The notes under the pieces were generated by a model that saw only the letters and a program-made list of their open reading frames with translations, did not search any database and was not told where the DNA came from. DNA of 62,079 bases, filler included, from Deltaproteobacteria bacterium (GTDB lineage Bacteria > JAEEML01): assembly GCA_016283195.1 (NCBI GenBank). It is 5 parts of 5 records of this genome, joined end to end, with 100 filler letters (N's around TTAATTAATTAA, not from the genome) between each part and the next. Parts side by side here need not be neighbours in the genome. Positions count along the whole stretch, not along the records: positions 23,041 to 39,591 come from JAEEML010000132.1; positions 39,692 to 48,348 come from JAEEML010000135.1; positions 48,449 to 54,103 come from JAEEML010000136.1; 2 more parts are not named here. The stretch is one strand, 5' to 3'. How positions within the stretch are numbered: the stretch's first letter is position 1; every line of letters starts with the position of its first letter. A program made the position numbers and the translations under genes. This document shows, piece by piece, positions 38,478 to 49,345 of this stretch.

Positions 38478-39591
38478 CTATTTACCCTCCGTTTTGGCCG
38501 CATAAGAGCAAATAACGCCAGGAGTAAAGGCCAGAGTGCCGGAGAGCCGTTTTGGCAACCGCTCTCCGGAATGGTGGGGTCACGGATGCATTTCTCATTT
38601 TTGCAAATCATCTTGTCCCCGCATTTTTCGCCGTCCGGTAGTGGTTCATAGTAACAACCGCGCTTTATGTCGCATAGATTTTTGGTGCAGGGGTTACCAT
38701 CGGTGCAGCTATGATCAAAAGTGTCGCTGGAAAAAGTGCAAATGCCTTCATGGCAGTAGCCATAGCCGCAAGGGCCATAGTCGCATTTTTCTCCATTGGG
38801 CAAGTTTTCATGCTTGCAACCACCGGCTGTGCAGGTATCGGCCGTGCAAGAATTGTTGTCGTCGCAAGAAGTGGAGCCGGCTATGCATACTCCATTCCGG
38901 CAGGAGCTATTAGCTGCGCAAGGGTCATTAATATCACAAGGCGATCCGTTAGGGAGAGGGTTATAGAGGCATTCGCCGCTTTCTTCATGGCAGATACCAA
39001 CAGTGTGACAGCTCTTTTCCGGGCAGGTTACAGCTCCGCCGCCAAGGCATTGGCCGTTTCGGCAGAAGTCGTTTTTTGTGCAGGGATTACCGTCTTCGCA
39101 AGTTGTGCCGTCGGGCCGATTACTGGCCACACAATTACCGGTATTGGGATCGCAATGGGCACTTTCCCGGCATGGTTCTGTAGCGGAGCAATTTTTTATG
39201 GCGGTTATTTTACATATTCCGTCTAGGCACTCCCCGGCCTCGGCACATAGGTTGGTCACTTTCGGATTACAAGGGGTGCCATTGGCTTTACGCTCATATA
39301 TGCACTTGCCGGTGGCTTTGTTGCACTGGGGATTGATGAGGCAGGGATTACTTGTGGTGCAGGTAACCGTTGGTACTTGGCCGGTGCAAATACCATTTTG
39401 GCAGGTACCGCCGGTTATGCAGCGATTTTCCCCATCATTGCTGCATTCCATATCATCATTCATTGGCCGGCAACCGTCACAGCAAGTATCTGTGGCATCC
39501 TGGCAGACACAGCTTGGCTCAATACTTGGAACCATAGTGTGAGTCCAGTTGTGATTTGCACCTTTAACCATCCAGTCATAATCGCCCACGC
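38474..39591 (-). CDS. Cys-rich repeat surface protein with MYXO-CTERM sorting signal (5' end cut by gap)
   Basis: Repeated CxDGNPCTxDxC-type units; C-terminal SGCQ, hydrophobic helix and RPKRR. Confidence 0.8.
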
Positions 39592-39691
39592 NNNNNNNNN
39601 NNNNNNNNNNNNNNNNNNNNNNNNNNNNNNNNNNNTTAATTAATTAANNNNNNNNNNNNNNNNNNNNNNNNNNNNNNNNNNNNNNNNNNNN
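39592..39691. other. Artificial contig linker
   Basis: N-run/TTAATTAATTAA/N-run. Confidence 0.98.
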
Positions 39692-40057
39692 CAGGTGCGC
39701 CGCTACTTTAATAACGGCCTCTATGAGGGCGATGCCATCTACGACTTAAGCCTGGGTATGGAAGGCGCCACCATTTTGGACCCTTTAGACGAAACTAGGC
39801 ACAAAGATTTTAGTAAAGAGGCCACTTTTAAAGACCTTTTGGTGCCCATTATGCGTAGCGGCGAAATTGTCTATACTTGCCCGGAGCTTACTGAAGTGCG
39901 CGCTCATTTGCAAGAAGAGCTGGCCCGATTCCATGGCTCCATAAAGCGCCTTATAAATCCACACGAATACCCGGTTGGCCTGGAGCAAAAGCTCTTTCAT
40001 TTAAAGAAAGAACTCATCATGAAGGCCCGCAGTCATGGCCAGGAGCACGATAGATGA
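39692..40057 (+). CDS. pncB: Nicotinate phosphoribosyltransferase, C-terminal fragment
   Basis: DLLVPIMRSG...KRLINPHEYPVGL C-terminal pattern; coupled to pncA. Confidence 0.8.
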   Translation, partial: QVRRYFNNGLYEGDAIYDLSLGMEGATILDPLDETRHKDFSKEATFKDLLVPIMRSGEIVYTCPELTEVRAHLQEELARFHGSIKRLINPHEYPVGLEQKLFHLKKELIMKARSHGQEHDR

Positions 40058-40683
40058 GAGCGCTTTTAATCATTGATGTGCAAAACGATTTTCTCCCCGG
40101 CGGCGCCTTGGCCGTAAAAGAGGGTGATGCTATTATTCCTGTTATAAATCAGGCAGTTAATAACTATGACCTGGTGGTGGCCACTCAGGATTGGCACCCG
40201 GCGGATCACGGCAGCTTTGCCAGCCGGCATAGCGGCAAAAATGTTGGTGAAGTCATAGACTTAAACGGCCTCAGCCAAGTGCTCTGGCCCGACCACTGTG
40301 TCCAAGGAACTAAGGGGGCGGAATTAGCCGCCGCTCTCGATACCCGCCGGGTGGCCGCTATTTTCCGCAAAGGCATGGATGTTGCTACCGATAGTTATAG
40401 CGCCTTTTTTGATAACGGCCACCGCCATGACACCGGTCTTAGCGCCTATCTCAAAGCCATGGACGTAAAGGAAATAGACTTTGCCGGCCTGGCCACCGAT
40501 TATTGTGTGAATTTTAGCGTCTTGGATGCTCTTGCCGCCGGCTTTAAATGCCGCCTTTTGCTCTCCGCCTGCCGGGGAGTAAATGTGGCTTCGGATGATG
40601 CGGCTAAGGCAGTGGCCAATTTGCAAAAACTTGGCTGCGAGGTAATTAGTAGTTCCCCTCAGGAAAGTTACAAGCGTGGATAA
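40054..40683 (+). CDS. pncA: Nicotinamidase/pyrazinamidase
   Basis: IDVQNDF, TQDWHP, WPDHCVQ, FRKG, GLATDYCV. Confidence 0.95.
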   Translation: MRALLIIDVQNDFLPGGALAVKEGDAIIPVINQAVNNYDLVVATQDWHPADHGSFASRHSGKNVGEVIDLNGLSQVLWPDHCVQGTKGAELAAALDTRRVAAIFRKGMDVATDSYSAFFDNGHRHDTGLSAYLKAMDVKEIDFAGLATDYCVNFSVLDALAAGFKCRLLLSACRGVNVASDDAAKAVANLQKLGCEVISSSPQESYKRG

Positions 40684-40818
40684 GTTTAAACCACATCTCA
40701 AACCAGCTCTTAAAAAAATCAGAGTTGCTTAGTTCTTGGTAAATACATATATTGGGCCGTGTTCATAACGGCCTGAAAATGAGTAGGCCCGATTTCTTAT
40801 TTTTATAGGGGGTAGCCA

Positions 40819-41736
40819 ATGAATTTTAAACTTACCGAAACTCTTTTTGCTGTCTTACGCCCGCTCTCTTTTGGTGGCCTACTGCTTCTTGGCAGCTGCT
40901 CCGGTGCCAACGAGGTAGCTACCGTGGAACTGGCCATAGAACATCCGGAAAATATTTTGAATGTCTTTGTGGCTAAATGCTCCACCGCTACCACCGCCGA
41001 TAATGTGCCCGTGGATTGTATTGGTACAATGGTCAAAATGGCTGATTGCTCCGCTAAAGGGTGCGAATTGCATCTTTATGACACCGCAGGGGCGGAAGGG
41101 GGCACAGAACTTAATGACGGTGATAAGCTATCTATAGAAATTACCTATGATTGCGGCAATATTGCCGATGAACTCTCTACTTTCTGCGGCTATTTGGATG
41201 GCGAGGAGATAAAAGTTAAGGTGAACGGCCAGGAGCTCACCGATGAAACAGCGCGTCAGCAGACAGAACTGGGCGGTAAATACTTGCCTATCAACCTGCG
41301 CGTCGGGAAATTTACCAGTTATCATTCCTTTGCTCTGGCCGAGAATATGAAACTGGAAATTAAAGGCGCACCGCGCCAAATAAGCCCTAATGAGCTGCGC
41401 CTTCAGGAAGATAGCGACTACACTTATATAGATGCTACCAAGGCCGATGTGGATACTGCCGATGTTTATGAAGTCGGCGCTATCGGTACTTCCAAATACT
41501 GCGGCCATCTTGGGCATAAAATGCGCTTTTGCAAAACAGGCACCGAAGTGGTTTTTGCCGCTGATATGGAAGGCGGCGCCGTTGTGCCGACAGAATTTAA
41601 GCTGGACGGCCAGCCGCTTAATAAAGACGCTACCGCTCTTGTGGAGCATGATTTTGTCAGCCAGCCCTTTGCGGCCAGAGCTAACGGCAGCGGCAAAATT
41701 ATGACCATAACCAGTAATTCCCGGGGATCTAAGTAA
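40819..41736 (+). CDS. Hypothetical lipoprotein
   Basis: LGSC lipobox; several Cys; no recognised domain. Confidence 0.7.
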   Translation: MNFKLTETLFAVLRPLSFGGLLLLGSCSGANEVATVELAIEHPENILNVFVAKCSTATTADNVPVDCIGTMVKMADCSAKGCELHLYDTAGAEGGTELNDGDKLSIEITYDCGNIADELSTFCGYLDGEEIKVKVNGQELTDETARQQTELGGKYLPINLRVGKFTSYHSFALAENMKLEIKGAPRQISPNELRLQEDSDYTYIDATKADVDTADVYEVGAIGTSKYCGHLGHKMRFCKTGTEVVFAADMEGGAVVPTEFKLDGQPLNKDATALVEHDFVSQPFAARANGSGKIMTITSNSRGSK

Positions 41737-41864
41737 TAATTCCTTTTTAAAAAACGCCTTAAAGTTTACCGAACCTATAAAAGCCGTGAGGCGCAGCGGC
41801 AAAATAATCTACCTAATCAGCTGAACAACAAATTGAAAACATTCATGAAATTTTCAGTTTTTTA

Positions 41865-41893
41865 TTGACGCCATCTCTTCCTATTGCTATTAT
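41865..41893 (+). promoter_or_regulatory. Sigma70-type promoter
   Basis: TTGACG-N17-TATTAT upstream of protease 1. Confidence 0.6.
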
Positions 41894-41948
41894 TCCCGCC
41901 GCGATTGCCCCAAATGGGTGGTTACTAAAATTATTTCGGAGGTAATTT

Positions 41949-43352
41949 ATGAATATAAAAAGAGCGATGACAAGTGCTTTTCTTGCTTTGGCACTCTCTG
42001 CCTGCACTGCTACCAAAGAGGCTGAAGAGCCTAATGCTGCGGCAGCGAAAGAAGCAGCTTTGCCCGATAAATTGCCAATTTATATGGGTACTTCTGGCCC
42101 CAATCTCTTTAAAGTGCCTGAGCCTTATCAACTGGCTATAGGGGCTCTTATGCGTAGTGGTGATAATTTTTGCACTGGCACGCTTATCGCCGATGATGTG
42201 GTTTTATCTGCCGGCCATTGCGCCGTGGATCTTAATACCGGCCTGGAAAGACCTATTAGCGGCGTTACTTTTGGCTTTGGTAAAGATATGCTGAATCCGC
42301 TCCACAAAATAGCCGTTAAGAAGATTATTCCGCACCCGGACTTCTTCCCCAATGCCATTAACGATGATGACACTTTTGCCAAAAATGATGTAGCGCTCTT
42401 TATTTTGCAGGAAAAAGCTTCTGCCCATCTGCCGGATGTCTTACCTATTCCGCTGAATAAGTCCTCTCTGGCCGACCTCAAAGGTAAACCGGTGCAAAAT
42501 GTCGGCTACGGGGCCACTGAGGAAAATTATTATAATACCCGGCGTTTTTGGACGATTGAAGAGGTTGTGGACGTAACCAGCTATGATTTCACCGTTAACG
42601 GCAAAGGTAAATCCTCTGTTTGTATGGGTGATTCCGGCGGGCCCTCTCTCTATGCTATTGATGACCAGATATATGTCATCGGCACCGTTTCCTGGGGGAG
42701 CGCCTCCTGTGTCGATAACGACCACTTTGCCCGCACTAATGACAATATTCCCTGGATTACCAAAACTTTGGCCGAAATCGGCCATGCTCCGCTCGAAGAT
42801 CATTTGCTGCCTTTGGAGCCGGTGGAAGAGCCCAAGCCCGCCGACCCGAATCCGGTTGATAATTGTCAGGGCATTACTTTAACCGGTCTCTGCGAAGGCA
42901 ATGTGGCCAAATGGTGCGAAAATGGCAGTATAAGAGAGCGTGACTGCACTATAACCAACCAGGTATGCGGCTTTTCTGCAACTAACGGCTATTACTGCAT
43001 GGATCCGGATCAGCCGGAAGATCCTTGTCTGGGCATTAGTTATCTTGGAATGTGCCTGGGTGGGGTGGCCACATGGTGCGAAAACGGTAAAGTTAAAAAA
43101 CTTGATTGCAATCTTCAAGGCAAAGAGTGTGCTTATGTCGATATTAGCTTTGGTTACTATTGCACCGATAAAGTCGCCGATGATCCCTGTGGCGGTGTTC
43201 CTGCCGAGGGCGCTTGTCTCGGTGATGTAGCTGTGTGGTGCAGTAGTGCGCTAAAAGAAGTTGTCAAAATAGATTGTGCCGCTATGGGCCGCACTTGCGG
43301 CGCTTATGAGACCGAATTTAACACAATTAATTACAACTGCCTTTCCGAATAA
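41949..43352 (+). CDS. Trypsin-like (S1) serine protease lipoprotein with three Cys-rich C-terminal repeats
   Basis: LSAC lipobox; triad LSAGHC / NDVALF / GDSGGP; CxGxVAxWC repeats. Confidence 0.9.
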   Translation: MNIKRAMTSAFLALALSACTATKEAEEPNAAAAKEAALPDKLPIYMGTSGPNLFKVPEPYQLAIGALMRSGDNFCTGTLIADDVVLSAGHCAVDLNTGLERPISGVTFGFGKDMLNPLHKIAVKKIIPHPDFFPNAINDDDTFAKNDVALFILQEKASAHLPDVLPIPLNKSSLADLKGKPVQNVGYGATEENYYNTRRFWTIEEVVDVTSYDFTVNGKGKSSVCMGDSGGPSLYAIDDQIYVIGTVSWGSASCVDNDHFARTNDNIPWITKTLAEIGHAPLEDHLLPLEPVEEPKPADPNPVDNCQGITLTGLCEGNVAKWCENGSIRERDCTITNQVCGFSATNGYYCMDPDQPEDPCLGISYLGMCLGGVATWCENGKVKKLDCNLQGKECAYVDISFGYYCTDKVADDPCGGVPAEGACLGDVAVWCSSALKEVVKIDCAAMGRTCGAYETEFNTINYNCLSE

Positions 43353-43412
43353 AGTGCCAAAATTGCATGCCAACATCCGGAAAATATTAATAAAAAAATA
43401 TTAAATCTTTTG

Positions 43413-43441
43413 TTGACTACCCTTTGGTTAAAAGCTATCAT
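43413..43441 (+). promoter_or_regulatory. Sigma70-type promoter
   Basis: TTGACT-N17-TATCAT upstream of protease 2. Confidence 0.6.
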
Positions 43442-43498
43442 TTAGCGCTGGAACTTGTCTAAAGTGGGCAATTTCCCATTCAAAATCGGAGGTACACC

Positions 43499-44728
43499 AT
43501 GAAGATCAAACCAATTGTTATGGCCGGTATGTTGGCTCTGGCTCTTAGCGCCTGTGGTAGCAAAGAGAATAAAGCGGCTGGCGATAACGCCGCGCAAAAA
43601 GCTCCGCTTCCCGACAAAATGGCCATCTATTATGGTACTACCGGCCCGACTTTGTTTGATGTACCCGAAGCCTACCAATGGTCCATCGGTGCTTTGCTGC
43701 AAAATGGTTCCAATTTCTGTACCGGTACCCTTATTGCCGAAGATGTGGTTCTTTCTGCCGCTCACTGTGCTCTTAATAGCAGCTGGTGGGGTGCCAGAAG
43801 TGTTATTTCCACCAACGGCGTTACTTTCGGTCTCGGCAAAGATATGAAGAACCCGACCCACAAGATAGCTGTAAAGCAAATCATTCCGCACCCCAGCTAC
43901 AATGGTAACACCGCTTCCAATGATGTGGCTCTCTTTATTTTGAAAGAAAAGGCCACCAAGTACATTCCGTCCCTGAAACCCATCCCCATGAACAAATCAT
44001 CTCTTGAGAACTTCAAGGGGCAGATTGTGCAAAATGTCGGCTATGGCAGCACCGAAGACAACGATTACAACACCAAGCGTTTCTGGACTACCGAAGAAGT
44101 TAAAGATGTCACCACCTATGACTTCACCGTTAACGGCAAAGGCAAATCCTCTGTTTGTTTCGGCGATTCCGGCGGCCCCTCCCTCTTTGCCATCGACAAC
44201 CAGATTTACATCGTCGGCACCGTTTCCTGGGGTGACCAATCCTGTGTCGATAACGACCACTATGCCCGCACCAACCACAATATTGCCTGGATTGCCAAAA
44301 CTCTGGCTGACGAAGGCCATGAAGCTATTGAAGATCAGCTGATTTCTCTGGCTCCCGTCGAAGAGCCGGTTGTAGAACCGCAAGAGCCGGTAGTAGAAGA
44401 AGACCTTTGCCAAGGTTACGATTTTGTCGGTGTTTGCGAAGGTAACGTAGCCAAATGGTGTGATAATGGTGTCGTTTATGAGCGCGATTGTTCCTTTGAA
44501 GGCCAAGTTTGCGGCTACTCCGAAAGCGCTAACGGCAATTACTGTCTCGAACAAGAAGAACCTGTAGTTGATCAAGATGACCCATGCGGCGGCATAACCT
44601 ACCTCGGTGTTTGTGAAGGTGATGTAGCTAAATGGTGCAGTAATGGCGAAATCAAACAGCGCGACTGTGCTAATTATGGCCAAAACTGTGATTACATCGA
44701 TGCCGAATGGGGCTATTACTGCCTCTAA
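43499..44728 (+). CDS. Paralogous trypsin-like serine protease lipoprotein with two Cys-rich repeats
   Basis: LSAC lipobox; LSAAHC / NDVALF / GDSGGP. Confidence 0.9.
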   Translation: MKIKPIVMAGMLALALSACGSKENKAAGDNAAQKAPLPDKMAIYYGTTGPTLFDVPEAYQWSIGALLQNGSNFCTGTLIAEDVVLSAAHCALNSSWWGARSVISTNGVTFGLGKDMKNPTHKIAVKQIIPHPSYNGNTASNDVALFILKEKATKYIPSLKPIPMNKSSLENFKGQIVQNVGYGSTEDNDYNTKRFWTTEEVKDVTTYDFTVNGKGKSSVCFGDSGGPSLFAIDNQIYIVGTVSWGDQSCVDNDHYARTNHNIAWIAKTLADEGHEAIEDQLISLAPVEEPVVEPQEPVVEEDLCQGYDFVGVCEGNVAKWCDNGVVYERDCSFEGQVCGYSESANGNYCLEQEEPVVDQDDPCGGITYLGVCEGDVAKWCSNGEIKQRDCANYGQNCDYIDAEWGYYCL

Positions 44729-44874
44729 TTTTCTCTGATTTATCTGCCTGAAATTATATATTCTTTCCTTTAATCAAATGGTTTTTTTCCCCATAAGTTC
44801 ACTTGACATTTATTATGCTGATTGTAAGCTTAATATGGTTGTCCGTGCCTTCTATTTCGCTCGGAGGAAATAAG

Positions 44875-47800
44875 ATGAAACACCCATTAAAACTTTTAGC
44901 CTTCTTAACTGTTATACTGGCTGTCAGTAGCTGCAGCGAAAAAGTCCCGGTTGTAAACACTCAAAAAGAGAATTATGCCTGCAACTCCACCGATAAGTTC
45001 TGTGACCAAGGGCTGGTTTGCGTTGATAATGTTTGCCGCCGGGTCTGCGTTACTGATGCCCAATGCGATAGCTCGCAACAATGTATTGAGCAAACTTGTC
45101 TCCCAGCCACCAACAAAGGCTGTGCTTCGGCAGCCAATTGTATCACCCCGGGAATATGTGAATTAGCAGTTGATGCCGAATGTGTTGCCGGCAAGTGTGT
45201 CTATAAAAAAGCTGATAGCGGCACCGCTTGTGATGATGACAATATTTGCACCACAAATGATAAATGCGATGACGATGGCCTTTGTGTCGGCTTGGAACTT
45301 GACTGCACTACCGATGAAAAAAGAATTTGTGTAGAAAATGATACCATTTTCCGTACATACAACACTAAGGGCAAATGCGATAAAGATGCCGGTGGTTGTG
45401 TTTACGATTATACCGATTTATCTTGCGATAGTTGCACCATTAATTGTCTCAGCTTTTGTGAAAATGTCACCTGTAAGGATACCACAGGGCAGTGTGTAAA
45501 TTATATTTGCGACCCAAAATCAACCGATGATCCGCCTTGTTCACCAACCAATAAAGCTGTTGGGACAACTTGCCAATTATCTGATAATAGCCTAGGTTAT
45601 TGTGACAATGGTGTTTGTTATGAATGTGTAGCGGATAAGGATTGCCAAAACTATCCGACTTGGCACGAATGTTTTGAGGCAATATGCCAAAACCACAAGT
45701 GTGTTTATAATCCAGCGGTAAATCCAGAAGCCTGCGGCAATCGTTGTGTGGATGGCAAAATTTATAATTACGGCAATTGTATTAATGACGGTAAGGCATG
45801 TGATGCCGATATCACAAAAGATTGCCATGGACTTGCATGTAATGCCGCTGGTAATGACTGTCTTGAAAGTTGTCAAACAAACGATGATTGCCTGACTGAT
45901 TTCATATGTGGTAACGGTGCTTGTTATCCAGAAGTTGCCATTGGTGAAGCCTGTAATCCAGCCGCAAACGGTCACGATTGTATCCAAGGTACTTGTAAAG
46001 ATGGTATTTGTTGCAGCTCTGAATGCACTGGCACTTGCCAGGCTTGTAATTTACCGGGCTCTTTGGGCACTTGCACCAATGTTCCGGAAAACCAGCAAGA
46101 TAATGATACATGCAGCGGGAAAAAAGCCTGTGATGGCAATGGCAATTGTGTAAAATCTCTAGGGGAAAATTGCGGCTCACATAGTGAATGCGCTTCAGGC
46201 GCCTGTGTTGATGGCGTTTGCTGTGGCAGTTCTGAATGCGGTCGTTGTCAATCATGTGCTGTTGCCGGTCATGAGGGCTCCTGCTACGCAGTGGCAGCCG
46301 GAGCAGTAGATGATTCTTGCGGCTTTGGCCAAGTTTGCTCGGCCACAAGACGCTGCGTTTATCCCAATGGCGCCATCGGCTCTAAATGCCAAAACGACAC
46401 TGATTGCCTATCTAACCATTGTGACAAGCGAACCGGTATCTGCTGCGCAAGTGGCGATTGCTGCATAAGCGACAATACCCAATGTCCAGCGCATATGTCT
46501 TGTAATGCCACAACTCACACCTGCCGGACTTCCACCACTGGCGATATATGTGAAAACAACGACCGCTGCAATACATCATCCTATCCCGGCGATCACTGTG
46601 TTATCACCAGTGGCCACCGGGGTATTTGTTCTAATGGAAACACCGGCGACCCTTGCGTCACCGATAAAGATTGCGATTCCGGTTATCATTGCAGTACTTT
46701 GACCAATACTTGCTTTAAAGGCAATATCGGATCGGTGGGCTGCCTCCTTGATTCAGATTGTGATAAGGGGCACCACTGCCGTGCTTCAACTCAGACCTGC
46801 GTGCATGGGCAGACATATAAGGATGATGATGGGCCGCGGGTTCCTGACTATTCATATTGTGATGATCATGATGACTGCGATTCCAGAAGTTGCATAAACA
46901 GTATATGCACAAAAACCAAAGTAGGTTCTCATTGTACATTTGACAGCGATTGCGGTTCTGGCAGATATTGCCGTTTTTCAACCAGAACTTGTGTTTCTGG
47001 TGAAGCAAGTGACTCATGCGATGATGATGGCGATTGTTCTCCCAGCTCTTATAAAAATAATGCTGTTCACAGTGGCATTCATTGTCGCCAATCAACAAAC
47101 AAATGCGTTTCTGGTAGTCCTGGAGATTCTTCTTATAATCTTGGAGATTCTTGTGATGATGATTGTGACTGCGATGATTATCATAGATGTATAAATGGCC
47201 ACTGCCGTGAAGACGAACAAGACTTTACAAAAGACTGTTCCACAATTACTCCCAAATTAAAAAATGGTTATGCCGGCTGTAACAAAAATGCTGATTGCGA
47301 ATCCAACCATTGTGATACCAGTAACGGCGTCTGCTGCGCCTCTGGCAATTGCTGTGTTGATGATAGCAATCAATGTCCTGATCACATGGCCTGCGATACA
47401 GCAAAACATATGTGCCGCGAAGCGGTAACAGGCGACAGATGCCGCACTAATGCCGACTGTTTATCAGGCGACCATTGCTATATGGTAGAAGGGCAAATTG
47501 GTAAATGTGTTTCCGGCAATAATGGTTCAGAGTGCCACACTGCTGCCGATTGCGATAGTGGCTATCAATGTAATTCTGTCACCAAGAAATGTTTTGCTGG
47601 CAATAATGGGAGCGTCGGTTGTTATCAAAACGCCGACTGCGACGGCGGCCTCCATTGTCGCATATCCACTCATACTTGTTATAGCGGCGATGATACTCCC
47701 TGTGACAGCAATGATGAATGTGACGATGGCTATTATTGTAAAGATCATATATGTGATTCCTCCCCACTAGGTATCCCTTGCCAATATGATCGCGATTGTT

Positions 47801-48141
47801 CCGGTGATTACTGCCAGGCTTCTACTGGTATTTGCGTTGAAGGCTATATTGGCTATCCTTGTGATGATGATGGTGATTGTGGCCTCGGTATGCACTGTCG
47901 CCAATCTACCAATACCTGTGAAAGCGGTGGCATAGGCGACCCTTGTGATAACGACGAAGACTGCGATGACGGAACTTCCGCTTGGGGTCACCACTGCCGG
48001 GTCGATACCAATACCTGTGTCAGCGGCAATCCCGGTAGTACCGATGGCTGTTTTGATAATTGCGATTGCGATGATCTGCATATTTGCGTTAACCGCATCT
48101 GCAGCGAGGATGAAGATCCCAATAAAGTTTGTCCACGTTAA
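44875..48141 (+). CDS. Large Cys-rich repeat lipoprotein
   Basis: GGAGG RBS; VSSC lipobox; many CxxxxDCxSxxC units along the whole length. Confidence 0.85.
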   Translation: MKHPLKLLAFLTVILAVSSCSEKVPVVNTQKENYACNSTDKFCDQGLVCVDNVCRRVCVTDAQCDSSQQCIEQTCLPATNKGCASAANCITPGICELAVDAECVAGKCVYKKADSGTACDDDNICTTNDKCDDDGLCVGLELDCTTDEKRICVENDTIFRTYNTKGKCDKDAGGCVYDYTDLSCDSCTINCLSFCENVTCKDTTGQCVNYICDPKSTDDPPCSPTNKAVGTTCQLSDNSLGYCDNGVCYECVADKDCQNYPTWHECFEAICQNHKCVYNPAVNPEACGNRCVDGKIYNYGNCINDGKACDADITKDCHGLACNAAGNDCLESCQTNDDCLTDFICGNGACYPEVAIGEACNPAANGHDCIQGTCKDGICCSSECTGTCQACNLPGSLGTCTNVPENQQDNDTCSGKKACDGNGNCVKSLGENCGSHSECASGACVDGVCCGSSECGRCQSCAVAGHEGSCYAVAAGAVDDSCGFGQVCSATRRCVYPNGAIGSKCQNDTDCLSNHCDKRTGICCASGDCCISDNTQCPAHMSCNATTHTCRTSTTGDICENNDRCNTSSYPGDHCVITSGHRGICSNGNTGDPCVTDKDCDSGYHCSTLTNTCFKGNIGSVGCLLDSDCDKGHHCRASTQTCVHGQTYKDDDGPRVPDYSYCDDHDDCDSRSCINSICTKTKVGSHCTFDSDCGSGRYCRFSTRTCVSGEASDSCDDDGDCSPSSYKNNAVHSGIHCRQSTNKCVSGSPGDSSYNLGDSCDDDCDCDDYHRCINGHCREDEQDFTKDCSTITPKLKNGYAGCNKNADCESNHCDTSNGVCCASGNCCVDDSNQCPDHMACDTAKHMCREAVTGDRCRTNADCLSGDHCYMVEGQIGKCVSGNNGSECHTAADCDSGYQCNSVTKKCFAGNNGSVGCYQNADCDGGLHCRISTHTCYSGDDTPCDSNDECDDGYYCKDHICDSSPLGIPCQYDRDCSGDYCQASTGICVEGYIGYPCDDDGDCGLGMHCRQSTNTCESGGIGDPCDNDEDCDDGTSAWGHHCRVDTNTCVSGNPGSTDGCFDNCDCDDLHICVNRICSEDEDPNKVCPR

Positions 48142-48348
48142 GTGCTTCTCCAGCAATTATCTGCGCCGAATGGGGCTATTACTGTATATAATCAGCACCT
48201 AAACCCTGCCTGATAAACTTTTTCTTAAAAATATCTTGCCACTTGCCTATTTAGGCACTTAAAAACAGTTGGCTCCGACTTAGCGGAGTTGCTACTAAAG
48301 AGGGAGGCGCACTTTGGCACGCAAAGTAAAATTAAAAGAAAAAACATC

Positions 48349-48448
48349 NNNNNNNNNNNNNNNNNNNNNNNNNNNNNNNNNNNNNNNNNNNNTTAATTAA
48401 TTAANNNNNNNNNNNNNNNNNNNNNNNNNNNNNNNNNNNNNNNNNNNN
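48349..48448. other. Artificial contig linker
   Basis: N-run/TTAATTAATTAA/N-run. Confidence 0.98.
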
Positions 48449-49137
48449 CCTTCGAGAGCGGCTTCCATCAGCTCATCGGAGAAGTTGGAAGCGGCGTCGA
48501 TGATAGCTTCGTGGCGAGCTTCGGCCTCTTCCTTTAAATTATCGGGAATTTCGGCCTCGCGGATGGTATCGCCCATGGGACCTTCAAAATAGAGAGCCTT
48601 CATGGTGACTAAATCAACCACGCCGGCAAATTCGCTTTCCAGGCCGATAGGAAGCTGCATAGCTACAGAGTTGTGGCCAAGTTTTTCCTTGATTTGGTCA
48701 ACAACGCGGAGCGGATTGGCACCGGTGCGGTCGCACTTGTTAACAAAAGCAATGCAGGGCACGTGGTAGCGGGCCATTTGTTTGTCAACGGTGATGGACT
48801 GTGATTGCACGCCGCCGACAGAGCAGAGCACTAGGATAGCACCATCAAGAATACGCAGTGAGCGCTCTACTTCAACGGTGAAATCAACGTGTCCTGGAGT
48901 GTCGATGACGTTGAAATCATAGCCTTTCCACTGGCAATAAGTGGCGGCCGAAGTGATGGTGATACCGCGTTCTCTTTCGAGCTCCATGAAGTCCATGGTA
49001 GCGCCTACACCGTCTTTGCCTTTGACATCATGTGTGGCATGAATGCGGCGGGTGTAGTAGAGAATGCGTTCGGAACAGGTTGTTTTACCAGCGTCAATAT
49101 GGGCACTGATACCAATATTTCTTACCTTACTGAGCAT
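48449..49137 (-). CDS. fusA: Elongation factor G, N-terminal part
   Basis: [35 protein letters not shown]. Confidence 0.95.
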
Positions 49138-49345
49138 AAAAATCTTCCCCTTGCCATGGCCCTTTAAGCGGAACCAGGCGAATTAATCACCTGCAAAGTT
49201 GCTTGAAATTAGGGCCAAGACTAAAGGGCCCTTGCGGGTGCGGCGCGCATAATATCCATAGAAAATCAAAATGCAAGGGGAAATTTAAAAAAAATGCATA
49301 GCGGATAATTTTTTTATTATAGACGGCCGGCGGTGAAGCTTGGCG

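Noticed and set aside
38474-48141. One continuous Cys-rich surface-protein island
   Set aside because: A contig linker at 39592-39691 separates the genes, so the adjacency is unsupported.
48301-48348. Gene start (GGGAGG then TTG GCA CGC AAA...) before the gap
   Set aside because: Only about 11 codons are visible, too short to identify.
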